Assembly (NCBI RefSeq): GCF_003991155.1 | Contig: NZ_CP031293.1 | Reading direction: 5' to 3' (one strand) | DNA from: Escherichia coli | GTDB lineage: Bacteria; Pseudomonadota; Gammaproteobacteria; Enterobacterales; Enterobacteriaceae | DNA length: 64,000 nt | Part shown: positions 1 to 11,987 of the stretch, piece after piece | Numbering within the stretch: the stretch's first letter is position 1 | How the letters are laid out: the number at the start of each line of letters is the position of its first letter | Notes under the pieces: generated by a model | What the model was told of the DNA's origin: nothing | Databases searched by the model: none | Seen by the model: the letters and a program-made list of their open reading frames with translations, nothing else | Translations under genes and position numbers: made by a program

Positions 1-53
1 CCTGCCCCTATTGGTATATGTACCAGGATATTCTGCACACTAAAAAAATCCAT
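1..53 (-). CDS. pnuC: Nicotinamide riboside transporter PnuC, N-terminal fragment (gene continues beyond window start)
   Basis: Reverse complement of 1..53 reads ATG GAT TTT TTT AGT GTG CAG AAT ATC CTG GTA CAT ATA CCA ATA GGG GCA GG = MDFFSVQNILVHIPIGAG, the PnuC N-terminus as I recall it; sits directly downstream of nadA as in the nadA-pnuC operon. Confidence 0.7.
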   Translation of the reverse strand, partial: MDFFSVQNILVHIPIGA

Positions 54-90
54 CTTTCCCCCAAAGCGTAACGTTACGCCTTATTATTCG

Positions 91-1134
91 TTATCCACGT
101 AGTGTAGCCGCAAATTCCAGCATACGATTGAGCGGCACCAGCGCCCTCTCTCGCAGCCTTTCATCAACATGAACCTCGTGATTGCTTCCTTCCTGTTCTA
201 ATGCCTCTGCGATAGCCCGAAGGCCATTCATGGCCATCCACGGACAATGCGCGCAACTGCGGCAGGTTGCGCCCTCACCCGCGGTTGGTGCTTCCAGTAA
301 CTCTTTATCTGGCACCGCCTGCTGCATTTTGTAGAAAATGCCCCGATCGGTTGCCACGATAAGCCGCTGATGTGGCAATGTTTTCGCAGCAGCGATCAGT
401 TGACTGGTGGAACCGACCGCATCCGCCATATCGACAATAGCTTGTGGTGATTCTGGATGCACCAGTATGGCAGCATCCGGGTATTCTTCTTGCAAGCGGG
501 TTAACGCCTGAGTCTTAAATTCATCATGCACAATGCAGGCACCCTGCCAGCATAAAATGTCTGCGCCCGTCTGTTTTTGCACGTAACGCCCCAGATGTTT
601 GTCGGGTGCCCAGATGATTTTTTCACCCAAACTATCCAGATGATCAATAAGTTCGACGGCAATGCTTGAAGTTACCACCCAATCTGCCCGCGCTTTTACC
701 GCAGCAGAAGTGTTGGCGTAGACGACGACAGTATGATCGGGATGGGCATCGCAAAATGCGTTAAATTCTTCAACAGGGCAGCCGAGATCCAGTGAACATT
801 CAGCCTGAAGTGTCGGCATCAGAATTGTTTTTTCCGGACTGAGAATTTTGGCGGTTTCTCCCATAAATCTCACCCCCGCGACTAACAACGTAGAAGCGGG
901 ATGCTTTGCACCGAAGCGCGCCATTTCCAGAGAATCAGAAATACAGCCACCGGTTTCTTCTGCCAGTTGTTGAATTTCGGGATCGGTGTAGTAGTGGGCA
1001 ACCATCACCGCATTACGTTCTTTTAGCAGACGTTTTATCTTCTCACGGTAATACGCTTTTTCATCAATACTTAACGGCGTCGGCTTCGGGGGGAAAGGAT
1101 AAATCGCCGCTTCAGGATCAAACATCACGCTCAT
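91..1134 (-). CDS. nadA: Quinolinate synthase A
   Basis: 347-aa ORF, near-identical by recall to E. coli NadA (MSVMFDP...[15 protein letters not shown]...). Confidence 0.95.
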   Translation of the reverse strand: MSVMFDPEAAIYPFPPKPTPLSIDEKAYYREKIKRLLKERNAVMVAHYYTDPEIQQLAEETGGCISDSLEMARFGAKHPASTLLVAGVRFMGETAKILSPEKTILMPTLQAECSLDLGCPVEEFNAFCDAHPDHTVVVYANTSAAVKARADWVVTSSIAVELIDHLDSLGEKIIWAPDKHLGRYVQKQTGADILCWQGACIVHDEFKTQALTRLQEEYPDAAILVHPESPQAIVDMADAVGSTSQLIAAAKTLPHQRLIVATDRGIFYKMQQAVPDKELLEAPTAGEGATCRSCAHCPWMAMNGLRAIAEALEQEGSNHEVHVDERLRERALVPLNRMLEFAATLRG

Positions 1135-1350
1135 CTTACCATCTCGTTTTACAGGCTTAACGTTAAAACCGACATGAGCGTAATATTCGCTGTTATCGGT
1201 GAAATTTGTTTTATATGCTAAACAAGATAGTCGAATGGTGGGGAAAAGTCACTCGAATTACGCCTGATTCCACCGACGTAGAGTTGCTTGCACAGTAAGC
1301 TCTGACGATGTCATCAGGTTTACAAAGTGAAATTGAGGATACCTGAATAG

Positions 1351-1379
1351 CAAAAAAGCGCCTTTAGGGCGCTTTTTTA
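1351..1379 (-). terminator. GC-rich hairpin flanked by A-run and T-run (aaaaaagcgcc-ttta-gggcgctttttt); likely intrinsic terminator ending the tRNA operon, possibly bidirectional
   Basis: Inverted repeat gcgcc/ggcgc with flanking A6 and T6 runs, seen directly in sequence just 3' of the last tRNA on the minus strand. Confidence 0.5.
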
Positions 1380-1382
1380 CAT

Positions 1383-1458
1383 TGGTGGGTCGTGCAGGAT
1401 TCGAACCTGCGACCAATTGATTAAAAGTCAACTGCTCTACCAACTGAGCTAACGACCC
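1383..1458 (-). tRNA. lysQ: tRNA-Lys (anticodon UUU)
   Basis: Reverse complement matches the E. coli tRNA-Lys(UUU) sequence GGGTCGTTAGCTCAGTTGGTAGAGCAGTTGACTTTTAATCAATTGGTCGCAGGTTCGAATCCTGCACGACCCACCA; 7th gene of the cluster; symbol assigned by K-12 gene order. Confidence 0.9.
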
Positions 1459-1491
1459 CTTGCGGGATTATGCTGCTTTAATCATTCAGGA

Positions 1492-1567
1492 TGGTGGGTC
1501 GTGCAGGATTCGAACCTGCGACCAATTGATTAAAAGTCAACTGCTCTACCAACTGAGCTAACGACCC
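1492..1567 (-). tRNA. lysZ: tRNA-Lys (anticodon UUU)
   Basis: Identical 76-nt tRNA-Lys copy on the minus strand; symbol by K-12 order. Confidence 0.9.
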
Positions 1568-1615
1568 ATACGGGTGTTACCTGAAAGATTTCTACTCGGA
1601 ACCAATCTTTAAAAT

Positions 1616-1691
1616 TGGTGGGTCGTGCAGGATTCGAACCTGCGACCAATTGATTAAAAGTCAACTGCTCTACCAACTGAGCTAACGACCC
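1616..1691 (-). tRNA. lysY: tRNA-Lys (anticodon UUU)
   Basis: Identical 76-nt tRNA-Lys copy on the minus strand; symbol by K-12 order. Confidence 0.9.
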
Positions 1692-1694
1692 GAG

Positions 1695-1770
1695 TGGTGG
1701 GTGATGACGGGATCGAACCGCCGACCCCCTCCTTGTAAGGGAGGTGCTCTCCCAGCTGAGCTAATCACCC
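1695..1770 (-). tRNA. valZ: tRNA-Val (anticodon UAC)
   Basis: Reverse complement matches tRNA-Val(UAC) GGGTGATTAGCTCAGCTGGGAGAGCACCTCCCTTACAAGGAGGGGGTCGGCGGTTCGATCCCGTCATCACCCACCA; symbol by K-12 order. Confidence 0.9.
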
Positions 1771-1821
1771 GATACTGCGCTGGATACTACAAACTACTTC
1801 CACCGAACCCACCGTCATTAG

Positions 1822-1897
1822 TGGTGGGTCGTGCAGGATTCGAACCTGCGACCAATTGATTAAAAGTCAACTGCTCTACCAACTGAGCTAACGACCC
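1822..1897 (-). tRNA. lysW: tRNA-Lys (anticodon UUU)
   Basis: Identical 76-nt tRNA-Lys copy; symbol by K-12 order. Confidence 0.9.
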
Positions 1898-1899
1898 GG

Positions 1900-1975
1900 T
1901 GGTGGGTGATGACGGGATCGAACCGCCGACCCCCTCCTTGTAAGGGAGGTGCTCTCCCAGCTGAGCTAATCACCC
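1900..1975 (-). tRNA. valT: tRNA-Val (anticodon UAC)
   Basis: Identical 76-nt tRNA-Val copy; symbol by K-12 order. Confidence 0.9.
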
Positions 1976-2010
1976 GATACTACGCTGGATACTACAACTA
2001 ACTACGTTAG

Positions 2011-2086
2011 TGGTGGGTCGTGCAGGATTCGAACCTGCGACCAATTGATTAAAAGTCAACTGCTCTACCAACTGAGCTAACGACCC
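2011..2086 (-). tRNA. lysT: tRNA-Lys (anticodon UUU)
   Basis: Identical 76-nt tRNA-Lys copy; first gene of the minus-strand lysT-valT-lysW-valZ-lysY-lysZ-lysQ operon. Confidence 0.9.
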
Positions 2087-2208
2087 ACTTTTTCGTTGCT
2101 TTCGGTTTGTTTGATATCCCGTGGCAACGGCGGCATATATTACTGATTTCAGACTTGAGCGCAACAAAAATTTCGATGTAGATCACTCAACTGCTTATGA
2201 TTCGCACG

Positions 2209-2242
2209 ACACGACCAGAAATAATGCGACTTCTGGTCGTGT
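2209..2242 (-). terminator. Perfect 12-bp stem / 10-nt loop hairpin immediately 3' of the cpoB stop; candidate tol-pal-cpoB operon terminator or processing structure (no U-tract)
   Basis: acacgaccagaa (2209-2220) pairs with ttctggtcgtgt (2231-2242); seen directly. No T-run follows on the transcribed strand, so intrinsic-terminator status is uncertain. Confidence 0.35.
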
Positions 2243-2250
2243 GTTATGCA

Positions 2251-3042
2251 TTACATCGCGTTCAGACGTTTTTGCGCCTGTTTAGCGCCATCAGTACCAG
2301 GGTATTTACTGATAACCTGCTGGTATACGGCTTTCGCTTTTGCGGTGTCACCTTTGTCCTGCATGATGACGCCGACTTTAAACATCGCATCTGCAGCCTT
2401 CGGTGACTTCGGATAGTTTTTCACTACCGAAGCAAAATAATACGCCGCATCATCTTTTTTACCCTTGTTGTAGTTTAACTGACCCAGCCAATAATTGGCG
2501 TTTGGCAGGTAAGTTGAATCAGGGTAATTCTTGATGAAATTCTGAAATGCCACCATTGCGTCATCCTGGCGGGATTTATCCTGCACCAGCGCAATAGCTG
2601 CATTGTAATCCGTGTTTGCATCACCGCTTTTCACCGGCGCGCCAGCATTCGCAGTACCAGCATCAGCTGTCGGCGTCGTTGATGCCGCCGCACCGCTTTG
2701 ATCGCCGCTGGTTGATTGCGCCGTTGCACCACCGCTGCTGAGGCTATCGATCTGCAACAGGATCTGCTTTTGCCGCTCCACGACCTGATTCAGTTGATAC
2801 TGATTTTCCTGAATCTGACCACGCAGGGAATCAATATCGGATTGATTATCAGAGAGTTGTTGCTGGAGTTGGGTTAAAAGCTGGCTGTGAGCATTAGAAA
2901 TACGCTCAAGTTGAGTGACGCGGTCTTCGACCGAGCCTGAGCCGACACTACTGATTGGTGCCTGAGCAAAAGCGGCCCAGGGGGCCGCTATACCAACCAG
3001 TAACGACAGACTCAATAGTTGATGTCTGAAGTTACTGCTCAT
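2251..3042 (-). CDS. cpoB: Cell division coordinator CpoB (YbgF), TPR protein of the Tol-Pal system
   Basis: 263-aa ORF, near-identical by recall to E. coli CpoB/YbgF; signal peptide, coiled-coil, C-terminal TPR repeats. Confidence 0.95.
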   Translation of the reverse strand: MSSNFRHQLLSLSLLVGIAAPWAAFAQAPISSVGSGSVEDRVTQLERISNAHSQLLTQLQQQLSDNQSDIDSLRGQIQENQYQLNQVVERQKQILLQIDSLSSGGATAQSTSGDQSGAAASTTPTADAGTANAGAPVKSGDANTDYNAAIALVQDKSRQDDAMVAFQNFIKNYPDSTYLPNANYWLGQLNYNKGKKDDAAYYFASVVKNYPKSPKAADAMFKVGVIMQDKGDTAKAKAVYQQVISKYPGTDGAKQAQKRLNAM

Positions 3043-3051
3043 GCAATTCTC

Positions 3052-3597
<546 letters not shown>

Positions 3598-3607
3598 TTA
3601 ATTATTA

Positions 3608-4900
3608 TCACAGATACGGCGACCAGGCAGGGAATTTGACCTGTCCATCAGTTGCCGGAAGACGCGCTTTGAAACGCCCATCTGTAGAAACCAAATTCAG
3701 CACGGATCCCATCCCCTGAGAAGAGCTGTAGATTACCATAGTGCCGTTAGGTGCCAGACTTGGCGTTTCATCCAGGAACGTGGACGACAGAACTTGTACG
3801 CCTCCCGTTGCCAGATCTTGTTTGGCAATGTGCTGCTGTCCACCGTTGGAGCTAACCATTACCATAAATTTACCGTCGCTGCTGACATCCGCATCCTGGT
3901 TCTGCGAACCTTCCCAGGTAATACGTTGTGGCGCACCGCCGTTGATATTCACTTTATAAACCTGTGGACGACCGGCCTGGTCAGAAGTAAATGCCAGGTT
4001 CTGGCTATCCGGGAACCAGGTCGGTTCGGTATTGTTACTGCGACCATCAGTCACCTGGCGGATCTGACCAGAAGCCAAATCCATTACGTACAGGTTCAGA
4101 CTACCGGTTTTCGACAAGGCGAATGCCAGTTTGCTGCCGTCTGGCGAGAATGCAGGTGCACCGTTGTGACGCGGGAATGAAGCCACCTGACGTACAGCGC
4201 CATTTGCCAGCGTCTGAATAACCAGCGCGGAACGACCGCTTTCGAAGGTCACATAAGCCAGTTTAGAACCGTCTGGTGACCACGCCGGAGACATCAGCGG
4301 CTGCGGTGAACGGTGAACGACAAACTGGTTGTAACCGTCATAGTCAGATACGCGCAGTTCATACGGGAACTGACCGCCGTTGGTCTGAACAACGTAGGCA
4401 ATACGGGTACGGAACGCACCTTTAATGCCGGTCAGTTTTTCAAACACTTCATCACTGGCGGTATGACCAGCATAACGCAGCCACTGCTTGTTCACTTTGT
4501 ACGAGTTCTGAGCAAGTACAGTACCCGGTGCGCCGCCAGTGTCAACAAGTTGATAAGCAACATTGTAAGAACCATCCGGATTCGGAGTGACCTGACCGAC
4601 AACTACAGCGTCAATACCCAGCGCGGACCATGCAGCTGGTTGTACTTCCTGCGCACTACCCGGCTGCTGTGGCAGACGAGCGCGATCTAACGGATTAAAT
4701 TTACCGCTGTTACGCAAGTCGGCAGCAACGATGCCGCCAATATCTTCAGGTGCCGCACCAGGGCCCGCCCACTGGAAAGGAACAACTCCAATAGGACGAC
4801 CGGAATCTACACCGCTGTCGATCACAATGCGGACTTCAGCATGCAGAACTGATGCCCACAGTATGAGAAAACCAAATGCTACTCGTAATGCCTGCTTCAT
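3608..4900 (-). CDS. tolB: Tol-Pal system periplasmic beta-propeller protein TolB
   Basis: ORF-track frame 3608..4903; second Met ([21 protein letters not shown]...) matches the 430-aa E. coli TolB. Confidence 0.95.
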   Translation of the reverse strand: MKQALRVAFGFLILWASVLHAEVRIVIDSGVDSGRPIGVVPFQWAGPGAAPEDIGGIVAADLRNSGKFNPLDRARLPQQPGSAQEVQPAAWSALGIDAVVVGQVTPNPDGSYNVAYQLVDTGGAPGTVLAQNSYKVNKQWLRYAGHTASDEVFEKLTGIKGAFRTRIAYVVQTNGGQFPYELRVSDYDGYNQFVVHRSPQPLMSPAWSPDGSKLAYVTFESGRSALVIQTLANGAVRQVASFPRHNGAPAFSPDGSKLAFALSKTGSLNLYVMDLASGQIRQVTDGRSNNTEPTWFPDSQNLAFTSDQAGRPQVYKVNINGGAPQRITWEGSQNQDADVSSDGKFMVMVSSNGGQQHIAKQDLATGGVQVLSSTFLDETPSLAPNGTMVIYSSSQGMGSVLNLVSTDGRFKARLPATDGQVKFPAWSPYL

Positions 4901-5032
4901 CATATCTCCCTTATCTGGACCGATGGCCCACGATAATTTAGCAGAATGTTAACAAACTAAAATACACAAAACTACCAGAACCCCGTGGCAACCGGTGCCT
5001 GATGTTGACCGTCGGAACAGTCAACATCGCGA

Positions 5033-6298
5033 TTACGGTTTGAAGTCCAATGGCGCGTTTTTGAACACTTCATATACTGCCTGGCTTGGTGGTTTCGGGA
5101 TCTTCGCAAGTTTAGCTGCTGCCAACGCAGCCTGACAAAGTGCGGGATCGCCACCTTCAGGTTTGATATCCAGTAACATACCATCGGGTGCCAGTTTTAT
5201 GCGCAGCGTACAGGTTTTGCCTGCATAGGACGATGCGTCATAGAACTTACTTTCGATAGCAGATTTAATCTGCCCGGCATAGTTATTGATATCGGCCCCT
5301 GATGCGCCATTGTTTTTAGTATTACCACTCCCGGCTGGCGAAGCATTGTTCCCTTTCGCCCCTCCCCCCGTTTTCGGTGCATTCTTACCAGAGCTTAGCT
5401 CACCGAAAATATCATCTGCCTCTGCGGCAGCTTTTGCTGCAGCGGCTTTTTCAGCTGCTGCTTTTGCCGCTGCCGCTTTTTTGTCTGCGGCGGCTTTTTC
5501 TGCCGCTGCTTTCTTATCAGCTGCTGCCTTTTCAGCAGCCGCTTTTTCTGCTGCTTTTTTGTCGGCTGCCGCTTTCTCTGCTGCCGCTTTCTTATCAGCT
5601 GCAGCCTTTTCAGCAGCCGCTTTCTTCTCAGCTTCTGCTTTGGCTTTTTCAGCAGCTTCAGTTGCCGCTTTCTTTCTTGCTTCAGCTGCAGCTGCTTCTG
5701 CCGCTTCCGCTTTCTTCTTCAGTGCCGCCGCGGCTGCCTCGGCTTTTTTCTGCGCTTCGGCTGCGGCTTTGGCGGCTTCTGCTTCTGCTTTTTTCTTCGC
5801 GTCTGCAGCCGCTTTCTTCGCTGCTTCTTCCGCAGCTTTTGCATCCGCTTCAGCCTTCGCTTTAGCATCTGCCGCCGCTTTCGCTGCCGCTTCTTCCGCT
5901 TGCTTCTGCTTTAACTCGGCCTGTTTTGCGGCTTCTTCAGCCTGCTTTTTCTGTTCCTGAGCCGCTAACCGCTCTTTCTCAAGTTGCTTCAGGCGTTCCT
6001 GTTCAGCCGCTTGTTTCTCACGCAGTTCTTCAGCAGCCTGCTGTTCCTTCATCTTGCGCTGCTCATCAGAACGCTTCGCGCTTGATTCCTGGCTTTGCAT
6101 GCGTTTGTACTGCTCAACTACCGCACCTGAATCAACCATGACAGCGTCGATGGACGAACCACCGCCGCCTCCGGCTGAAGCTTCTATATTCTCATCGAAC
6201 GAACTCCAGATCAGCGCCGCAAATAAGATGACATGCAGCACTGCTGAAATAATTATCGCCCGTTTGAGCTTGTCGTTTTGTTCGGTTGCCTTTGACAC
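5033..6298 (-). CDS. tolA: Tol-Pal system protein TolA
   Basis: 421-aa ORF matching E. coli TolA: N-terminal TM anchor, long Ala/Lys/Glu-rich helical domain II, C-terminal domain III. Confidence 0.95.
   Translation of the reverse strand: MSKATEQNDKLKRAIIISAVLHVILFAALIWSSFDENIEASAGGGGGSSIDAVMVDSGAVVEQYKRMQSQESSAKRSDEQRKMKEQQAAEELREKQAAEQERLKQLEKERLAAQEQKKQAEEAAKQAELKQKQAEEAAAKAAADAKAKAEADAKAAEEAAKKAAADAKKKAEAEAAKAAAEAQKKAEAAAAALKKKAEAAEAAAAEARKKAATEAAEKAKAEAEKKAAAEKAAADKKAAAEKAAADKKAAEKAAAEKAAADKKAAAEKAAADKKAAAAKAAAEKAAAAKAAAEADDIFGELSSGKNAPKTGGGAKGNNASPAGSGNTKNNGASGADINNYAGQIKSAIESKFYDASSYAGKTCTLRIKLAPDGMLLDIKPEGGDPALCQAALAAAKLAKIPKPPSQAVYEVFKNAPLDFKP
5400..5960 (-). repeat. Imperfect in-frame tandem repeats encoding the Ala/Lys/Glu-rich domain II of TolA
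   Basis: Reiterated gctgc/ttttc/gccgc units on the plus strand encoding KKAAAEKAAAD-type repeats; coding repeat, not an intergenic array. Confidence 0.8.
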
Positions 6299-6362
6299 TC
6301 TCGGTTTCCAAAAACTGTTCGCCTGTTACCCGCTCTCTTTCAAGCAAGGGAAACGCAGATGT

Positions 6363-6791
6363 TTAGATAGGCTGCGTCATTAAACCAACCGATTTCACAC
6401 CCGCACTATGTAACAAGTTCAGTGCTTTAATTATTTCATCGTAAGGCACATCTTTTGCGCCACCGATCAGAAAGACCGTTTTCGGGTTGGCCTTGAAACG
6501 GCTGGACACTTCCGCCACCACCTGCTCTGGTGGTAAACGCTCCAGGCGATCTTTCTCAACCACCACGGTGTACTGACCAATACCAGACACTTCAACAATC
6601 ACTGGCGGATTATCGTTACTGCTCACCGCCTGTGATTCAGTAGCGTCTGGCAGATCGACCTCCACGCTCTGGGTAATGATGGGCGCTGTCGCCATAAAGA
6701 TCAGCAACAGCACCAGCAGTACGTCCAGCAACGGTACAATGTTGATTTCGGACTTGAGATCGCGACGACCTCGTCCACGCGCTCTGGCCAT
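6363..6791 (-). CDS. tolR: Tol-Pal system protein TolR (ExbD/TolR family)
   Basis: 142-aa ORF matching E. coli TolR. Confidence 0.95.
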   Translation of the reverse strand: MARARGRGRRDLKSEINIVPLLDVLLVLLLIFMATAPIITQSVEVDLPDATESQAVSSNDNPPVIVEVSGIGQYTVVVEKDRLERLPPEQVVAEVSSRFKANPKTVFLIGGAKDVPYDEIIKALNLLHSAGVKSVGLMTQPI

Positions 6792-6794
6792 GGC

Positions 6795-7888
<1,094 letters not shown>

Positions 7889-7994
7889 TTTACATCCCGG
7901 TAATGCAACAAAAGTTAGAGCTTTTAAACGCTGCTACTATACGCGCGCGATTGAGGTTTGGGAATGAGGGCAAGTTAAGGGAGCGTAAAAATTT

Positions 7995-8014
7995 ATGGGC
8001 CTGGAGCGGCCCAT
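7995..8014 (-). terminator. Hairpin atgggcc-N6-ggcccat flanked by A/T runs; likely terminator of the cydABX-ybgE transcript (bidirectional appearance)
   Basis: Inverted repeat with A/T-rich flanks between the ybgE stop and the ybgC start; seen directly. Confidence 0.5.
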
Positions 8015-8037
8015 AATTTTTTAAAGAGAATTCTGAT

Positions 8038-8331
8038 TTAAAAGAAGAAGAAAATCAGCCCGACAATGAGAACAATATCGGCAAGCAATGGGCAAAAAAT
8101 CCCTTGCCAAAGAACCTTCTGCGGACGAAAGCCCACGCCGTGAATAACACCAGCACAGACGGCCCACATCAGCAATAAACCATGCCAGATTTCCAGTTCA
8201 CTGGTCTTCGCGGCGAAACGTGACGGGTCCCAAAACATACATCCTGCTAACAGAAGCGCCATCACGAAGGAAAGCGCCCGCAGGGGGCGCTTGTCCATTA
8301 CCGCATACAAGGTTGCGATAATCTTACTCAT
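8038..8331 (-). CDS. ybgE: Cyd operon protein YbgE
   Basis: 97-aa hydrophobic ORF matching E. coli YbgE, downstream of cydX. Confidence 0.9.
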   Translation of the reverse strand: MSKIIATLYAVMDKRPLRALSFVMALLLAGCMFWDPSRFAAKTSELEIWHGLLLMWAVCAGVIHGVGFRPQKVLWQGIFCPLLADIVLIVGLIFFFF

Positions 8332-8444
8332 CAGATGTCTTCTTGACCGGCTTTGCCTGATTCGACGTGCTCAAGCGCCAGCGCGGTGATTACCCCAAAC
8401 GAACAGGCAAGAAGCGTTCCCAGAATCCATGCGAAATACCACAT
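8331..8444 (-). CDS. cydX: Cytochrome bd-I oxidase small subunit CydX (YbgT), 37 aa
   Basis: Not in the ORF track (below size cutoff). Reverse complement reads ATGTGGTATTTCGCATGGATTCTGGGAACG... = MWYFAWILGTLLACSFGVITALALEHVESGKAGQEDI*; stop overlaps the ybgE start by 1 nt. Confidence 0.85.
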   Translation of the reverse strand: MWYFAWILGTLLACSFGVITALALEHVESGKAGQEDI

Positions 8445-8458
8445 TTTTAGCTCCTTAC

Positions 8459-9598
8459 TTAGTACAGAGAGTGGGTGTTACGTTCAATATCTTCTTTGGT
8501 GATACGACCGAACATTTTCCAGTAACACCAGGCGGTGTAGAGCAGAATGATCGGTACCAGAACCACCGCAACCCAGGTCATGACGTTAAGTGTCAGCTGG
8601 CTGGAAGTTGCATCCCACATTGTCAGACTTGCGTTCATCATGGTGCTGGACGGCATCACAAACGGGAACATTGCGATACCGGCAGTCAGGATGATGCAGG
8701 CCAGCGTCAGGGAGGAGAACACAAACGCCCACGCGGCTTTATCCATACGTGCAGTCAGGATGGTCAGCAGCGGCAGAACCACACCCAGTGCCGGAATAGC
8801 CCACAGAATTGGCGTGTTGTTGAAGTTAACCAGCCATGCGCCAGCTTCACGAACCACTTCTTTATTCAGCGGGTTAGAGGCTGCGTAATGGTCCATTGTC
8901 GATTTCACGACATAACCATCGATACCGTACATCACCCATACGCCAGCCAGTGCGAAGCAGACCAGTGTCACCAGTGCCGCCACCTGAGCCGTTGCACGGG
9001 TACGCAGGTGCAGTTCGCCCACGGTACGCATTTGCAGATAGGTTGCGCCCTGAGTAATGATCATCCCTACGCTCACCACGCCTGCCAGCAGGCCGAACGG
9101 GTTAAGCAGCTGGAAAAAGTTACCGGTGTAGTACAGACGCAGATATTCATCAACGTTGAACGGTACGCCCTGCAACAGGTTACCGAACGCTACACCAATC
9201 ACCAGCGGCGGAACGAAGCTACCAATGAAGATGCCCCAGTCCCACATGTTACGCCAGCGGGTTTCTTCAATCTTGGAGCGGTAGTCAAAACCGACCGGAC
9301 GGAAGAACAAAGACGCCAGCACGAGGATCATCGCCACATAGAAGCCGGAGAACGCAGCGGCATAGACCATCGGCCAGGCAGCAAAGAGTGCGCCGCCCGC
9401 GGTGATCAGCCAAACCTGGTTACCGTCCCAGTGTGGTGCAATGGAGTTAATCATAATTCGACGCTCGGTGTCGTTACGACCGAGGAAACGGGTGAGCATG
9501 CCCACCCCCATGTCGAAACCGTCAGTGACTGCAAAACCAATCAGCAGAACGCCAACCAGCAGCCACCAGATAAAACGCAATACTTCATAATCGATCAT
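8459..9598 (-). CDS. cydB: Cytochrome bd-I ubiquinol oxidase subunit II
   Basis: 379-aa ORF matching E. coli CydB. Confidence 0.95.
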   Translation of the reverse strand: MIDYEVLRFIWWLLVGVLLIGFAVTDGFDMGVGMLTRFLGRNDTERRIMINSIAPHWDGNQVWLITAGGALFAAWPMVYAAAFSGFYVAMILVLASLFFRPVGFDYRSKIEETRWRNMWDWGIFIGSFVPPLVIGVAFGNLLQGVPFNVDEYLRLYYTGNFFQLLNPFGLLAGVVSVGMIITQGATYLQMRTVGELHLRTRATAQVAALVTLVCFALAGVWVMYGIDGYVVKSTMDHYAASNPLNKEVVREAGAWLVNFNNTPILWAIPALGVVLPLLTILTARMDKAAWAFVFSSLTLACIILTAGIAMFPFVMPSSTMMNASLTMWDATSSQLTLNVMTWVAVVLVPIILLYTAWCYWKMFGRITKEDIERNTHSLY

Positions 9599-9613
9599 TT
9601 GACGACTCCTGTC

Positions 9614-11182
9614 TTAGCGTGCCGGCTGAGTAGTCGTGGAAGACTGCTCAAAGTGATAGCGACCGGTTTTCAGGCTGCTTGGGCCGAGGCGTGCAAACTT
9701 GAACATTAAGAACAATTCTGCCACCAGGAACAGGGTATACAGGCCGCAAATCAGCACCATTGAGAAGATGAGATCGCCTGCGGTCAGTGACGAGTTCGCC
9801 ACAGCTGTCGGCAGCACTTCACCGATAGCCCACGGTTGGCGGCCATATTCAGCCACAAACCAGCCCGCTTCTACAGCAATCCACGGCAGCGGAATACCGT
9901 ACAGCGCGGCGCGCAGCAGCCATTTTTTCTCGCCAATGCGGTTGCGGATGACACTCCAGAAAGAGAGCGCGATGATTGCCAGCAGCAGGAAGCCACACGC
10001 CACCATGATACGGAACGCGAAGTACAGCGGCGCTACACGCGGAATGGAGTCTTTGGTTGCCTGTTGAATCTGCGCTTCAGTCGCATCAGCCACGTTTGGC
10101 GTATAGCGTTTCAGCAGCAGACCGTAACCGAGGTCTTTCTTCATGCTATTGAACTGGTCACGAACCGCCTGGTCGGTAGAACCAGAACGCAGTTGCTCGA
10201 GCAGAGAGTACGCCTTCATCCCGTTACGAATGCGTTCTTCATGCTGCACCATCAGTTCTTTCAGGCCGATAACTGGAGTATCCACGGAACGCGTTGCAAT
10301 GATGCCCAGCGCGTAAGGGATCTGGATCGCAAATTTGTTCGTCTCCTCTTCCTGATCAGGAATGCCGAACAGAGTAAAGGCAGCAGGCGCAGGTTGCGTT
10401 TCCCACTCGGCTTCAATAGCAGCCAGTTTGGTTTTCTGCACGTCGCCCATTTCGTAACCAGATTCATCACCCAGAACAATAACAGACAGAACGGCAGCCA
10501 TACCGAAGCTGGCAGCGATAGCAAAGGAGCGTTTAGCGAAGGCGAAGTCACGACCTTTCAGCATATACCATGCGCTGATACCGAGGATGAACATCGCGCC
10601 AGTCACATAACCAGACGCTACAGTGTGAACGAATTTCACCTGAGCAACCGGGTTAAGCACCAGCTCGGAGAAGCTCACCATCTCCATACGCATAGTTTCA
10701 AAGTTGAAATCGGACGCGATTGGGTTTTGCATCCAGCCGTTCGCAACCAGAATCCACAGTGCGGACAGGTTTGAACCGAGCGCCACCAGCCAGGTGACAC
10801 ACATATGCTGAACTTTACCCAGACGATCCCAACCGAAGAAGAACAGACCTACAAAGGTGGATTCGAGGAAGAAGGCCATTAGACCTTCGATTGCCAGCGG
10901 CGCACCGAAGATATCCCCTACATAGTGGGAATAGTAAGACCAGTTAGTCCCGAACTGGAACTCCATGGTCAGACCGGTAGCCACACCCAGAGCGAAGTTG
11001 ATACCAAACAACTTGCCCCAGAACTTGGTCATATCTTTATAAATCTGTTTGCCGGAAAGGACGTAGACCGTTTCCATAATGGCCAGCAGGAACGCCATAC
11101 CGAGCGTCAGTGGCACAAAAAGGAAGTGGTACATCGCGGTCAAGGCAAACTGTAAGCGCGACAGTTCGACTATATCTAACAT
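9614..11182 (-). CDS. cydA: Cytochrome bd-I ubiquinol oxidase subunit I
   Basis: ORF-track frame 9614..11185; second Met ([20 protein letters not shown]...) matches the 522-aa E. coli CydA. Confidence 0.95.
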
Positions 11183-11185
11183 CAT

Positions 11186-11987
11186 GACTCCTTGCTCATC
11201 GCATGAAGACTCCGAGAGTGAACCCCGTTAGAAAGGGTCACACGCATGCCCCAATACAAAATTATTTGCTCGCCTCTATCGTTGCCATTTCATCAAAAGA
11301 GGAAAAGACAATGATAAAAAAGTTACAAATATGTTAATGAATAAACCAAATTGATCCCGTAATTATATTACGCCGCAAAATCCTTACAATAAACAGGTTT
11401 TTATTGAGCAAATTTGCATTTTTCGACAGTGATCAATTTATAGCGAAATTGTCACGATCTCACCAATTTGATCTACGACAATTTATCGTGTTTTGCAGAT
11501 TTTTTTCAAGAATTAAAAATTGATTTATATCAAAACCAACCAAATATGTTAATTATGTATAAACCATAGATCATTGGTGATTTTATTGTTAATTTATTGT
11601 GAAATATTTATGCAACACAATTATTACAATGAAAAGGTATAGATAAAAAACCAGTGTTTTATTTAACAGAACCGCCTTATCCACTTTTTATAATACCAAT
11701 TGATTAGATTAGCCAATTTGTTGCTATTTTACATAACATATTTTTATCAAAGTTAATTGATTGTTGCCTTTATGAGCACCGGCCGTAAGCCCGTTATGTT
11801 ATTGTTTCATTAGTAATAATCACTTAAATGTATCGATGAAACAGGTATGACTTAGCGGGAGTGATTGTTTCTGAGTGAACAGAAACCACTTTCGCCTGAT
11901 AAATGAAAAATGAGCGATTTTTGCAAGTTAGTTTTTCTATAGCCGAGTACGCTCAGCGCCTCGCTTGATTACAATGAGGTTGCTGCT
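11186..11987 (-). promoter_or_regulatory. Long AT-rich cydA upstream region (expected multi-promoter, ArcA/FNR/H-NS-controlled cydAB regulatory region) merging into the accessory-island junction
   Basis: About 800 bp without a convincing ORF upstream of cydA, visibly AT-rich with several TTGAT-like half-sites. cydAB is known to have a long multi-promoter regulatory region; individual sites were not mapped. Confidence 0.45.

Noticed and set aside
1383-2086. Regularly spaced 76-nt direct repeats that could be mistaken for a CRISPR array or VNTR
   Set aside because: The repeats are complete tRNA-Lys and tRNA-Val genes with unequal spacers and no cas genes nearby; this is the lysT-valT-lysW-valZ-lysY-lysZ-lysQ operon.
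5286-5960. Long plus-strand ORFs (224 aa and 162 aa) rich in Ala/Phe/Ser/Leu
   Set aside because: Antisense to the repetitive Ala/Lys/Glu-coding domain II of tolA; low-complexity translation of the complementary strand of a well-supported gene.
8429-10774. Plus-strand ORFs of 426 aa and 312 aa
   Set aside because: Antisense to cydB and cydA respectively; His/Arg/Gln-rich junk translation; the minus-strand cyd genes match known proteins closely.
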